Assembly: GCA_038314665.1 (NCBI GenBank)
Contig: GCA_038314665.1_3677.1
Length of the DNA stretch: 64,000 nucleotides
Source of the DNA: a phage
Strand: one strand, 5' to 3'
Below the pieces are notes generated by a model, which worked only from the letters and a program-made list of their open reading frames with translations, made no database searches and was not told where the DNA came from. Positions within the stretch are counted from its first letter, which is position 1. Each line of letters opens with the position of its first letter. Shown here in pieces: positions 18,149-27,445 of this stretch. A program made the translations under genes and the position numbers.

Positions 18149-18439
18149 TTACAGATTGTTGTCGATAGTATTTAAAATATCTACAGCAAGATCTGCCATT
18201 TTTCGAACATACTCTGCAAACTCAACAGGATCCTTGATCAAAGAATTCACAGGGTCGTACCCTAGAGCGTTCAAAATGGCTGCAGCATCTACAACCTTTT
18301 CATCGTTTGCAGAGATCTCTCCGTCAAACTTATATGTCCATTTTGAGTCAATCTTGGCAGGGCATGGTTTGTCTATGCTTGTTACACCATCGTCTTTAAC
18401 CTCTCCTGCGTTATCAATATTCAGAACTAAATCCATCAT
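18149..18439 (-). CDS. hypothetical acidic protein (96 aa)
   Basis: ORF with RBS. Confidence 0.5.
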   Translation of the reverse strand: MMDLVLNIDNAGEVKDDGVTSIDKPCPAKIDSKWTYKFDGEISANDEKVVDAAAILNALGYDPVNSLIKDPVEFAEYVRKMADLAVDILNTIDNNL

Positions 18440-18456
18440 AGTGGAACCTCACTGTT

Positions 18457-18855
18457 TCAGTTTAGCTTTTCTTCAACAACCCCATAGCTCGGGGCAGAGT
18501 CAAGAGCTTTTTGGTTTAAAAGTGGTGTAGCAGAATCTGCAAACGGTGTCCAAGTTTTTGTTCTGGCATTCCAATAATGCTTCACTCTGGAATCTGGATG
18601 CACTATAACAAAAACTTTTTCACTTGTCAACACATTAATCTCTTCTACACCCTTGCTGATAATTTCTCCGTCATAGCCCCCAGTCTGGTATCCTTCGTAC
18701 CAGGTTCTTGCATAGGCATAGCCAGCCTGCCAGCATGCAGCCTCCTCCGAGGTGGAGACTACGTAGAAGTGTTTCTCAAATTCTGGGATACGCCCTTGCT
18801 TTACGCTCCAAGCTCCGCGAATTTTCATTGTAACTTTGAACAGTTTATTTTTCAC
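18457..18855 (-). CDS. hypothetical protein, paralog family B (132 aa)
   Basis: FVIVHPDSRVKHYWNARTKTWTP aligns with the ORF at 16249-16644. Confidence 0.55.
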   Translation of the reverse strand: MKNKLFKVTMKIRGAWSVKQGRIPEFEKHFYVVSTSEEAACWQAGYAYARTWYEGYQTGGYDGEIISKGVEEINVLTSEKVFVIVHPDSRVKHYWNARTKTWTPFADSATPLLNQKALDSAPSYGVVEEKLN

Positions 18856-18867
18856 AACGGTTACCCA

Positions 18868-19122
18868 TCACAGCTCTACAATATCTGCATCTGACCCTGC
18901 CCCAAAGGCATAATATGAGTCCTCTCCGAAATAATACTCCGGGGCACCAGCCGCGATCAGGTCTGATCCCAAGATGAACACCACATTGTGGCCTACATAG
19001 CTGTGATTTTGCCGCACAGGATCATCCCACGGCAACCCTTCGAAGTATACAGCAGGTACTACCTTTCCTTTCAGGAAGGATTGTCCCAAGTAGACATTAG
19101 AATCAAGAATTTTAACCTTCAT
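18868..19122 (-). CDS. hypothetical protein, paralog family A (84 aa)
   Basis: MKVKILD...Y.GQ..L.GKV...DLIAAGA shared with the ORFs at 19112 and 22765. Confidence 0.55.
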   Translation of the reverse strand: MKVKILDSNVYLGQSFLKGKVVPAVYFEGLPWDDPVRQNHSYVGHNVVFILGSDLIAAGAPEYYFGEDSYYAFGAGSDADIVEL

Positions 19123-19339
19123 GATCGTCCTCCACTATCTCTACATCCTCACCTAGGGCAAAGTTGTAGGTCCACTGACTGTCAAAGCATTCCTGAGATG
19201 CACCAGCGGCAATAAGATCTGCCCCTTTTATTTTTAAAAGGTCAGGGTAATCTTCGTTAGGGACAGCAGTAAACACTTTCCCTACTAAAGGCTCCTGACC
19301 AATATAGAAGCTTGAATCTAAAACTTTAACTTTCATCAA
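19112..19339 (-). CDS. hypothetical protein, paralog family A (75 aa)
   Basis: MMKVKVLDSSFYIGQEPLVGKV...GADLIAAGA; overlaps the downstream start. Confidence 0.55.
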   Translation of the reverse strand: MMKVKVLDSSFYIGQEPLVGKVFTAVPNEDYPDLLKIKGADLIAAGASQECFDSQWTYNFALGEDVEIVEDDHEG

Positions 19340-19623
19340 CGGTCTCCATCAGGTGGTTGTGGGACGTAAACACTGTTACGAATATCGTCCGCAGTATAGT
19401 AATAAGTGTCTCCAACCCTATCTCTGGCTGCAATGTACTCTGCTATACCAATAAGTGCCATTGATTTGGTGGCGTATCTTCCCAACTCGTTAGCTCCCCA
19501 ATAGAATTTAGACCAATAGGGAATAAGACCGAACAAATATACCTTTTGACGAACTTCCCAGTAAGTGCCTTTCCCGACAAGTTTAAACTCGACTTCACCA
19601 CTGTTAATCTTTTTCATTATCAA
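19336..19623 (-). CDS. hypothetical protein (95 aa)
   Basis: ATGA-coupled ORF. Confidence 0.5.
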   Translation of the reverse strand: MIMKKINSGEVEFKLVGKGTYWEVRQKVYLFGLIPYWSKFYWGANELGRYATKSMALIGIAEYIAARDRVGDTYYYTADDIRNSVYVPQPPDGDR

Positions 19624-19916
19624 TCTCCCTCCACCGTGGTCGGATTGTCAGTAAGAAATTGAGCATTAGCTGGAGGCACACCTGACATTTTCCACACAAC
19701 CATAAGTTTGTAACCAGGCACTCTATTAAGTGCAGATCGAGTAGAGTTTGTGCACGTATACTTTCGCTTTCCAAACCCGTTCTCCATCATAATCCAGTAC
19801 CCAGTATCTTTGTCACCAGGTATTGGTAGACCACCTTCATCAACCCACTGAATGGACCACGGCACGATGGCTACAGCTTTATATTTAAACTTTTTAAACC
19901 ACTCAAAAAGTTTCAT
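19620..19916 (-). CDS. hypothetical protein (98 aa)
   Basis: ATGA-coupled ORF. Confidence 0.5.
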   Translation of the reverse strand: MKLFEWFKKFKYKAVAIVPWSIQWVDEGGLPIPGDKDTGYWIMMENGFGKRKYTCTNSTRSALNRVPGYKLMVVWKMSGVPPANAQFLTDNPTTVEGD

Positions 19917-20011
19917 AATTCAGCCTCGCATAGACATAATCACTATAAACAGGCAAACAATGAATCCGAATGCCACGCCACCCATAAACGTTAATATTGA
20001 TGCAATCATAG

Positions 20012-20197
20012 TCAATCAGCCTCGCTTGGCAACTCTTCTACCTTAACATGCCGAAAAGTGTTACCGTAATGGTTGATCCATGACATCAGCTCGCTTTCTT
20101 GCTCTTTCTCTGGGATGCACTCTCGAATGCTGACAAGTTTTAAGAAAACCCAATCACAATCTGCACCCATTCTACCAGATAGACAATAGTGCTTCAT
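20012..20197 (-). CDS. hypothetical protein (61 aa)
   Basis: ORF only. Confidence 0.4.
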   Translation of the reverse strand: MKHYCLSGRMGADCDWVFLKLVSIRECIPEKEQESELMSWINHYGNTFRHVKVEELPSEAD

Positions 20198-20215
20198 AAA
20201 ACCCTCTACCTTGGT

Positions 20216-20416
20216 TTAGAATACTGCCTCTTTTAATGATCCAAGGAGCAGTAGGTGTGAAATCTGATCCACATTCATGGTAGATTCAATCTCCTCTTTT
20301 TTGAAAGGTTCTCTGCAAAACAGTACTACATTTGGGTTTTCGCTACGCACTATATAATACAGATCGTTCAAATCATTCTCATAGTAGGTATTAAATTTAA
20401 GAATTTTGTCACTCAT
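20216..20416 (-). CDS. hypothetical protein (66 aa)
   Basis: ORF only. Confidence 0.45.
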   Translation of the reverse strand: MSDKILKFNTYYENDLNDLYYIVRSENPNVVLFCREPFKKEEIESTMNVDQISHLLLLGSLKEAVF

Positions 20417-20700
20417 TTTTTGGTCCTCTTCTTAGATTTTTGGGAAGAAACGCTTTCTGCAATACGAGACAAACGTTCTTCTGAAGCCTTACCTATCCCA
20501 GGTTTTTTGAGTGGATTATCTTTATGACCACAATCCAGCTGGATATTGGATACCTCTCCAACTTTGTAAGTCAATTCTAGCAAAAGGTTGTCGTCCTTGT
20601 CAAATGTTTTTACGATAAATTTTTTATCGTCCTCCTGAACTTCATACCTGGTACCTGCAGTATACAGCATGGTGCCATCAGCATAGGATATCCAGATCAT
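20413..20700 (-). CDS. hypothetical protein with basic C-terminal tail (95 aa)
   Basis: coupled ORF. Confidence 0.5.
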   Translation of the reverse strand: MIWISYADGTMLYTAGTRYEVQEDDKKFIVKTFDKDDNLLLELTYKVGEVSNIQLDCGHKDNPLKKPGIGKASEERLSRIAESVSSQKSKKRTKK

Positions 20701-21044
20701 TGATCCTCCTTCTGCTGCAACAGCATTAACTCTTTGTTAGAGATCTTTACTGCTGTTTTTATTGTTCCATCTTCACGGAACCACGACCAGAACTCTACAG
20801 TGTCACCACTGTCAAGCAAAGCATGCCCATGGTAAAAATCTTTGTCCTTAGACAGTTTCTCATCTATATCTGCATCAACACATTCGTGATCCATAGCGTT
20901 TTGCCTGAACGCATCGGTTATGCCAATGCACGCCTTGCTCTCAAGACTGGTATATCCGATATCTTTTAATTCAGTTTCCCAAGTCCAGTACCCTATAAAA
21001 GCCACAACAGCTACCCACATTAATATCGATTTAATCTTTGGCAT
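20697..21044 (-). CDS. membrane-anchored or secreted protein (115 aa)
   Basis: N-terminal hydrophobic segment ILMWVAVVAFIGYWTW. Confidence 0.5.
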   Translation of the reverse strand: MPKIKSILMWVAVVAFIGYWTWETELKDIGYTSLESKACIGITDAFRQNAMDHECVDADIDEKLSKDKDFYHGHALLDSGDTVEFWSWFREDGTIKTAVKISNKELMLLQQKEDQ

Positions 21045-21104
21045 TCTCTCTACCTCTTTCTTAGTTTATTTAGTTATGGCACATCCTCTGTGCCTTATTG
21101 CACA

Positions 21105-21566
21105 CTACTTAAACAACAGTTCAAGATAGTGCAAAATTAACAGAAGTTGAATTACGCCCAGCACAACGGCAAGTATGTTAATCTTAGAATCAAAAAACTT
21201 CTTAACTTTTACCCTAAAAGGTTCCTTAATGTCCTTTACGATCCTATCTATAGATGACCTCATATCTCTGATTACCATCCTGAACATTAAAGACGGATGC
21301 TCACTCTCTGTAACGGAATCGAAAACATACTCTCTTCGGTCATAAGGGCCGCCAGCTCTGCGTATTAACCTCTCCACAGATACCTCGAACGTCACACCTG
21401 TAACGTAATCATCTATAACAAGTAGTGACGGATCTTTACTGTCAAGAGGTATCAAAGTTATCTTTCCAGATTTTGTTAAAATTTCTCCTTTTTCAAGCAA
21501 GGTGTACCAATGCTCTCTGCCAAGGCTGTTGAGGCACGTTTTTACATATTTAACAAACATCGTCAC
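21105..21566 (-). CDS. hypothetical protein with C-terminal TM anchor (153 aa)
   Basis: C-terminus ILAVVLGVIQLLLILHYL. Confidence 0.5.
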   Translation of the reverse strand: MTMFVKYVKTCLNSLGREHWYTLLEKGEILTKSGKITLIPLDSKDPSLLVIDDYVTGVTFEVSVERLIRRAGGPYDRREYVFDSVTESEHPSLMFRMVIRDMRSSIDRIVKDIKEPFRVKVKKFFDSKINILAVVLGVIQLLLILHYLELLFK

Positions 21567-21766
21567 CCCTCATCGCACGTCTGATATAACCACTCTATAA
21601 AATCTTGATACCATTCACCCTCTGAGCGCTCCGTAGGCCAATAATCTTCACCCTCTCGTGCATTAAAATCTGAGTATTCAACTTTCCACTCCTTTACCAG
21701 CTCGTGGAGAAGGTTTTCAGCCTGCTCTAAAGATTTATTTTTTACCATTGCTGTCTCCTTTTTCAA
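21563..21766 (-). CDS. hypothetical acidic protein (67 aa)
   Basis: coupled ORF. Confidence 0.45.
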   Translation of the reverse strand: MKKETAMVKNKSLEQAENLLHELVKEWKVEYSDFNAREGEDYWPTERSEGEWYQDFIEWLYQTCDEG

Positions 21767-21967
21767 GATAGTTATACATCAGAACTGCACCACCTAAGAT
21801 GGCTACCAGTAACAATACCCCGGATAGCATTTCAATAAACATGGCTTGAAACACTGGAAGATCTCCCTAAATTAATGCACCATTTTAAATACATGCTCTT
21901 TTCCCATAAAGGTGCCTGGCTAAGATCTGCGTAGAACGCAATCTCTTTAAGAACAGTATAAACAGTT

Positions 21968-22204
21968 TTAGGTGCGGTCTCCATCCCTGCTCTCCTTTTT
22001 CTCCTTACGGGTATTCTTGTAGTAATCAACTAGGCACATTATTACGATGAAGATAACAACAGGCCAAAAAGGTGCAGCAGTGATGATGGTGATAAAATCA
22101 TCAAACTTCACCCTTCGTCTGGACACGATGCATACACCTGTCAAGAATACTGCCGTTATAACGGCTATTACCAGGTAACCTATTAGCGCAACATCTATAC
22201 TCAT
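21968..22204 (-). CDS. small membrane protein, two TM helices (78 aa)
   Basis: hydrophobic segments IGYLVIAVITAVFLTGVCIV and FWPVVIFIVIMCLV. Confidence 0.45.
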   Translation of the reverse strand: MSIDVALIGYLVIAVITAVFLTGVCIVSRRRVKFDDFITIITAAPFWPVVIFIVIMCLVDYYKNTRKEKKESRDGDRT

Positions 22205-22234
22205 TAGTCCTCCCTTTGTAGGTTAAATTATATA

Positions 22235-22768
22235 CTACAGATGGTTGCTGATGGTGTCAAGAAAATTATCTCGTTCTTTCTCGGAGTTTTCACGGGTGTA
22301 GTTGAAAAACATATCTAGAATAACCTTATTGATATATTCCAGCTCCTCTGTGTTCAGGTATTTAGCAGGATCTACAATGACATCCCAAGTCTCATACAGA
22401 CCACACTCATGATACCCCCAACGCTGCTCAATTGTCAAACTGATCGGCAAAGCTTTACCGTCACAAACAACCTTCCATCTGCAAATGCTGGTATCTGGGC
22501 GTACCTGTGCACGGTATACCTGCACAAAATCCAATTTGAATTTGAGATACTCGTCATACAATTTAAGTACAAAGCTCTCGATTTGTGGAGACACTTTTGC
22601 AGAAAACTGTGCGTATTTGTACTTGCACTGGATAATCTTTCTGCGTTTCGCAGTTAAATTTTTTGCAGCCAGTTGTTCTTCAGTATATCTCCATCTACGA
22701 TCAACAAACGCAACAGGGTCTTTGTCCCCATAGAGATCTTCCCAGTTAATAAGAAGCATACCTGTCAC
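22235..22768 (-). CDS. hypothetical protein (177 aa)
   Basis: ORF; no domain recognised. Confidence 0.55.
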   Translation of the reverse strand: MTGMLLINWEDLYGDKDPVAFVDRRWRYTEEQLAAKNLTAKRRKIIQCKYKYAQFSAKVSPQIESFVLKLYDEYLKFKLDFVQVYRAQVRPDTSICRWKVVCDGKALPISLTIEQRWGYHECGLYETWDVIVDPAKYLNTEELEYINKVILDMFFNYTRENSEKERDNFLDTISNHL

Positions 22769-22998
22769 TCCTCCACAACTTCAAGGCCTTTGCCGCCTCG
22801 TTCTGGTAGATTACTTAAAGATAGGTAATATGTATAGTCAGGAGAGATCCTGCCAGACTCTGCACCTGCGGCTAGTAAATCCTTTCCCTTAACCAGGACA
22901 ACATTCTCGTTTGCAGATAGCCGTTTTGCTTCCACAATTTTACCAACGCAGTCAACCAAGGAAGGGTACCCTAAATCTGTAAGAAATTTAACTTTCAT
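22765..22998 (-). CDS. hypothetical protein, paralog family A (77 aa)
   Basis: start taken at the ATG (MKVKFLTDLGY...) preceded by an AGGAGG RBS; ...GKDLLAAGA...EVVEE. Confidence 0.55.
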   Translation of the reverse strand: MKVKFLTDLGYPSLVDCVGKIVEAKRLSANENVVLVKGKDLLAAGAESGRISPDYTYYLSLSNLPERGGKGLEVVEE

Positions 22999-23037
22999 GC
23001 TACCTCCTGCTTCTACCGTCCCTGGCAAGATAAATTA

Positions 23038-23436
23038 TTACTGAACAGAGCGTGGGGCTGGGAAGGATAACTCTTCTAAGGAGAAGATTTCATTTCCTAC
23101 CACCCAAGTTGCTGGATCATCTGGATCAACAGGTTTAATAATCATTACCTCATCCGCCTCGCACACACGTTTCCCACCTGTAGTGTGGTCAGCCACCAGC
23201 ATGCGCGGTTCTTCAGAAATGCACAGGTAGCCTCCTCGGCCCACTGTTCCTTCCACGGGATCCTGCCCTTTGACCACAATGAATACCTTCTCTCCTGTGG
23301 AGATATTACTTTTCACACTAACAGTTTGACCAACTTTAGATGTACCGATCTTGGTGGCTTCAAACATTAAATCCCGAATTACTGTTGCATAGCTGCCGGA
23401 CACTTTCTTACCTTCTTTAGTAATCTCAATCTTCAT
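23038..23436 (-). CDS. hypothetical protein (132 aa)
   Basis: ORF with AAGGAG RBS. Confidence 0.55.
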   Translation of the reverse strand: MKIEITKEGKKVSGSYATVIRDLMFEATKIGTSKVGQTVSVKSNISTGEKVFIVVKGQDPVEGTVGRGGYLCISEEPRMLVADHTTGGKRVCEADEVMIIKPVDPDDPATWVVGNEIFSLEELSFPAPRSVQ

Positions 23437-23708
23437 AATCTAGGCTCCTTAAATGAATCTATGTAATCAATTAAATCCCAAGCATCGCGATGGGCTGTCA
23501 GAGGGTATACTTCTCCGAGGGGGATCATAGCAATAAGTCTATCAAAAACCCAGTCTGGACGCAACATTTTATGGTGATATTCCCACTCACCTTCCACAGA
23601 TTTTTTCTGAGTGATCAGGATCTCTGTGTAGTGTTTCGCCTGTCTTGAGTAGATTGAAAATGACTTGTACATAAATGACCCCCTCTTGTTGAAAACAACA
23701 ATACACAA
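23433..23708 (-). CDS. hypothetical protein (91 aa)
   Basis: coupled ORF. Confidence 0.5.
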   Translation of the reverse strand: MCIVVFNKRGSFMYKSFSIYSRQAKHYTEILITQKKSVEGEWEYHHKMLRPDWVFDRLIAMIPLGEVYPLTAHRDAWDLIDYIDSFKEPRL

Positions 23709-24023
23709 CTACCAAGTTACTGTCAAGTAGGCAACCGTATTATTTTTCTCTGGGGAGATGCCAACAACATCTACCTGCAGACCTCCTGCCCTTAAATCTC
23801 CAACAATGTGCGGGAAGTAATCTGAGAGATGCGAGGGTAGATTTATCGAAAATCCGCACCCCAGAAAGCCTGCTAACGCTTTATTTTGTATCTCCCCTAC
23901 AATCGCATCATAAATGGAGTTAAGCTCGTCAGGGAGCGTTACAGGGCGTTTTAGCGCTAGCTGGTGTAATTTGTCCTTAGCACTCATTTTCATTTCAGGT
24001 CTACCTCTGGGGGTGCCAACCAC
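23709..24023 (-). CDS. hypothetical protein (104 aa)
   Basis: ORF only. Confidence 0.45.
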   Translation of the reverse strand: MVGTPRGRPEMKMSAKDKLHQLALKRPVTLPDELNSIYDAIVGEIQNKALAGFLGCGFSINLPSHLSDYFPHIVGDLRAGGLQVDVVGISPEKNNTVAYLTVTW

Positions 24024-24523
24024 ATAAACGGCGGCAAGTCTAAACGGTTTTTCTTATCCCACACAAAATATGCATATGCTTGCCCGTCAGTTCTGCCGTT
24101 TGATTGAAATGATGGACGCTTAGATATTGTGATCACAGTAGTAGGTGCATTATCAAGCCACCATTCAAATCTGGCTTTGCTTTCCAGAAAATTAAGACGC
24201 AAAAGCATAATAACTACGTCAGCATCTTTCAACGCCTTGTCTACAAACTCACGAGCCAGGCTGTATGGTGGGTTGGTGATAATACAGTCAACATGGTTGT
24301 ATTCTGTATTCAGATAGTCAACACCTTCTTGTATTTCTCCCCATGCAGATCCTAACGGCATACGGGAGTAGAACACACCTGAGGCACTATTCCTGCAAGG
24401 CTCTAAGTAGGTCCAGTCTTCTGGGAACGGAATAAGGTCATACAGCCCTTCTGCACACCACTCCGGTGTCACATACTCATCGTAGGCGTTACGTTGTTCA
24501 TCAGGTTTTCTAGCACAAGTCAT
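23990..24523 (-). CDS. DNA N6-adenine (or N4-cytosine) methyltransferase, small NPPY type (177 aa)
   Basis: catalytic motif IV ITNPPY. Confidence 0.65.
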   Translation of the reverse strand: MTCARKPDEQRNAYDEYVTPEWCAEGLYDLIPFPEDWTYLEPCRNSASGVFYSRMPLGSAWGEIQEGVDYLNTEYNHVDCIITNPPYSLAREFVDKALKDADVVIMLLRLNFLESKARFEWWLDNAPTTVITISKRPSFQSNGRTDGQAYAYFVWDKKNRLDLPPFMWLAPPEVDLK

Positions 24524-24574
24524 GCAAATCTCCAGATCATAAAAGCCCTCCGAAGAGGGCTTTAGAATTAATGT

Positions 24575-25624
24575 TTAAGCTTCTTCGACAATTCCTGCAC
24601 CCAGGATTTTTTCATTGAGCTCTTTTGCTGTTTTAATAATATTGTCCACCAGACGCTTGCGAGTCTTATCTTTCACCTTAACCTCTTCACCGCCGTTCAG
24701 AGTAGTCTTCAATTGAGACAGAATATCCTGAAGTTCGACGACAGAGAATCGCTGCAGATCTTCTAAAGTAATTTCACCCAGGGCGATCCGGACGGTCTCG
24801 CCACTTTCCATCTGCAGATTCAGGAACACAGTGTGAACATCGCCTTTCATACCATTTGCTTTTGCAGACTCAACAGCATGAACCAGCTCGTCCAGAGATG
24901 TGCATTGGTGAATCTCTGGCAGGCCTGCTTCGCCTAGCACACCTTCTTCATCACTTTTTGCCAAAAGCTTTTTCGGTTTCTGTCCATTCTGAATGCGATG
25001 AATGTTTTCATCGTCCAGAATGATAGCACCAGTTCTAGATGCCAGCTCTTCTCCATCTAACCACACTTCACCGCCAGCTGTGATGGATGCTATCTCATCT
25101 TCTGTTAACACCCCACCGTAGTATTTTTCGATCAGGCGTTCAAAACGTTTCTTCCAGTAGTTGATCTGGGTATTCATGTTCACACCGTTACCATAGGTGC
25201 CACCTTGGTAGTAGTGGAACATAAACTCTGTGTCCGGAGCAACAGTGCGCTCTTTGCAACCCAGCCATAAGATTGTTCCAGCAGAGCAGCACATCCCTTC
25301 AGCATGTGCAACAACGCTTGCCTGAGACTCACGGAATGCCTGCAGATAAGCCATTGCAATGTGCACGCAACCCCCAGGGCTATTGATGATCACTCGAATG
25401 CTTTCTTCCGGCTGAGCCATACGGATCGTCTGCAGACGAGACATATGATCTTGTAAGTCTTCCAAATCGTCGATATAAAGAACGTGGTCAACAACTGGTG
25501 TTGGGTAGCTGTATGTTTCCATAATACCACCTGGCATACCAAACATTTTATTACTCATAGGTTCGAAACCGTTCTGTTTTTCTTTCATGCCGTGTACCAT
25601 GGTGCTGCGAGGTGTTAAATTCAT
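24575..25624 (-). CDS. ClpP-family (S14-like) serine peptidase with ~150-aa C-terminal extension (349 aa)
   Basis: RVIINSPGG and GMCCSAG resemble ClpP INSPGG and the catalytic Ser motif. Confidence 0.65.
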   Translation of the reverse strand: MNLTPRSTMVHGMKEKQNGFEPMSNKMFGMPGGIMETYSYPTPVVDHVLYIDDLEDLQDHMSRLQTIRMAQPEESIRVIINSPGGCVHIAMAYLQAFRESQASVVAHAEGMCCSAGTILWLGCKERTVAPDTEFMFHYYQGGTYGNGVNMNTQINYWKKRFERLIEKYYGGVLTEDEIASITAGGEVWLDGEELASRTGAIILDDENIHRIQNGQKPKKLLAKSDEEGVLGEAGLPEIHQCTSLDELVHAVESAKANGMKGDVHTVFLNLQMESGETVRIALGEITLEDLQRFSVVELQDILSQLKTTLNGGEEVKVKDKTRKRLVDNIIKTAKELNEKILGAGIVEEA

Positions 25625-25683
25625 GAGAAATCCTTAATATTGGAAGTTGAAAGCTATTTATTAAACCTGATTCACATTTACCT

Positions 25684-25995
25684 TTATTTAGCAATCACTA
25701 TAGAATACTTACGATTGTCAGAAGCATCACAACTCAATGATTGCCAGTCTACCACATACCACGTATCATTGTCAACAATTACTTTATCGCCTGTTCTGTA
25801 GCAGGTGCTGCTTTCAATAATCCGAGACTCGATAAAGAATCTGTGTCGGCGCTCACGTAGCAACGCTAAGTTGATTATATTACCACCACTGTCCTTGATC
25901 CATACATTCTTGGATCCTTTATATGCCAGAATTGTCTCGCCGTTATAGACAAACAGGCAGTATATTTTATTCAGTTTCTCTTGTACTGTAGCCAT
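25684..25995 (-). CDS. hypothetical protein (103 aa)
   Basis: ORF only. Confidence 0.5.
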   Translation of the reverse strand: MATVQEKLNKIYCLFVYNGETILAYKGSKNVWIKDSGGNIINLALLRERRHRFFIESRIIESSTCYRTGDKVIVDNDTWYVVDWQSLSCDASDNRKYSIVIAK

Positions 25996-26093
25996 ACTAT
26001 CTCCTTCTCCTTGTCCGATAATAATATCTAAAGCTTACCTGTTTGTCAACAAATGTTTTAGATATCTAAGGGTGGAATAACCACCCTTCTGTG

Positions 26094-26882
26094 TTACTCG
26101 GAAACAGGGGTCCAAATATGATTTGCACGATCCTCAATAAGATTGAGTGCAATCTGACGACCCAATCCGGAACGAACGACATCGTCTGGACTATCAAAGC
26201 TGATCATTCCAACCTCAGGATCTGGATGACGAGTAAAGAAATCCGTCACCCATGCAAGTCCAGATTTACCAGGGATGTCACGTTGGCTATTATCGCCCAT
26301 GATTACAAGGGTGGCCTGATCAGAGATCCTTGTGATAATTGACAACATTTCTTCAGGGTTAGTTTGCTGTGCCTCGTCAATCAGGACAAAGCACCGCTCA
26401 TCGAAACTACGACCACGAATGCTTTCAACCTCACAAATCTCGATACGGCTGTTCTGACCATCTCCCAGCATTGCGGCAAAAGCACCTTTGCCAACACGAC
26501 GACAAATAGTGTCCATCATGCTTCGAAGATAAGGCCACAGTTTCTGCATTGCATTACCGGGTTTAAATCCTGAAGTCTTTCCTGTCTGAACGTAAGGACG
26601 TGCAACAATGATCTTATCAATCTCGTTCTTACGCAGAAGATCACCTGCATATGCAGATGCCATGAATGTCTTACCGGATCCAAACACACCGTTTACAATA
26701 ATAATCTTACGTGACCCTAGATAATCAAGATACTTTTGCTGCTTCTTATTCATTGGTCGGAGAGCTGGAGCGGTGTGCTCTCGTTCGTCAGCAAATTTCT
26801 CAGCAGCCTTACGCAGGCGATCAGATTTGCGAGCCTCTCTAGCTTCATCACGCATGCGTTTTGTTTCTTTAGCTCGACCCAT
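26094..26882 (-). CDS. phoH: PhoH-like ATPase (262 aa)
   Basis: P-loop GVFGSGKT and Walker B LIDEAQ in a PhoH-like arrangement. Confidence 0.7.
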   Translation of the reverse strand: MGRAKETKRMRDEAREARKSDRLRKAAEKFADEREHTAPALRPMNKKQQKYLDYLGSRKIIIVNGVFGSGKTFMASAYAGDLLRKNEIDKIIVARPYVQTGKTSGFKPGNAMQKLWPYLRSMMDTICRRVGKGAFAAMLGDGQNSRIEICEVESIRGRSFDERCFVLIDEAQQTNPEEMLSIITRISDQATLVIMGDNSQRDIPGKSGLAWVTDFFTRHPDPEVGMISFDSPDDVVRSGLGRQIALNLIEDRANHIWTPVSE

Positions 26883-26920
26883 GTTGGGACTCCTTTCAGA
26901 TTGAGATGTGCCAAGTACTT

Positions 26921-27271
26921 TTACTGCAACAGTTTTTCAATAGCCGCCTCCATGCTGCTTGCAACAGCCTGAACTCGGATATTCATCTCTTCTTGGTGGA
27001 TCAGCTCCTTAAGCTCTTTAATGGTAAATTCTTTAGAGAAACCTTCCACCATAATCTTGTGTAAGGCTTCTTGCGTGCCTACTTGCAAGAACTTTTCCAG
27101 TTTGTTGGCAGAGGCTTCTAAATCAGCCCGAATACGAGGGTCATCTGTGCGATTCAGCATTAGGCGTAAGCCATCAAGATTAGTAGAAATAGCGTCTGCA
27201 TGTTGAGTAACTAACCGTGGCAAAATGAGATCTACAAACTTATTAGCCAAATCGATACGTTCTTGTGTCAC
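26921..27271 (-). CDS. hypothetical protein (116 aa), GTG start
   Basis: GTG start overlaps the stop of a small upstream ORF (GTGA). Confidence 0.5.
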   Translation of the reverse strand: MTQERIDLANKFVDLILPRLVTQHADAISTNLDGLRLMLNRTDDPRIRADLEASANKLEKFLQVGTQEALHKIMVEGFSKEFTIKELKELIHQEEMNIRVQAVASSMEAAIEKLLQ

Positions 27272-27381
27272 TGTTGCACCCCCTCTTCATCCTCATGATA
27301 TTTCTTTTCACGCTTGTGTTTTTTCTTAAGCTCAAGCGCAATTTCTTTTTTGTACGCCTTCTTCAAGGCTTTTTTAGCCAT
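27268..27381 (-). CDS. small highly basic protein (37 aa)
   Basis: strong RBS GGAGGTG; Lys-rich; coupled to the downstream gene; below the ORF-track cutoff. Confidence 0.4.
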   Translation of the reverse strand: MAKKALKKAYKKEIALELKKKHKREKKYHEDEEGVQQ

Positions 27382-27445
27382 TTGGCACCTCCTCCGCTTT
27401 CATTTTACGATAATTATACCTATCTAAACAAAACTTTGTCAACAA

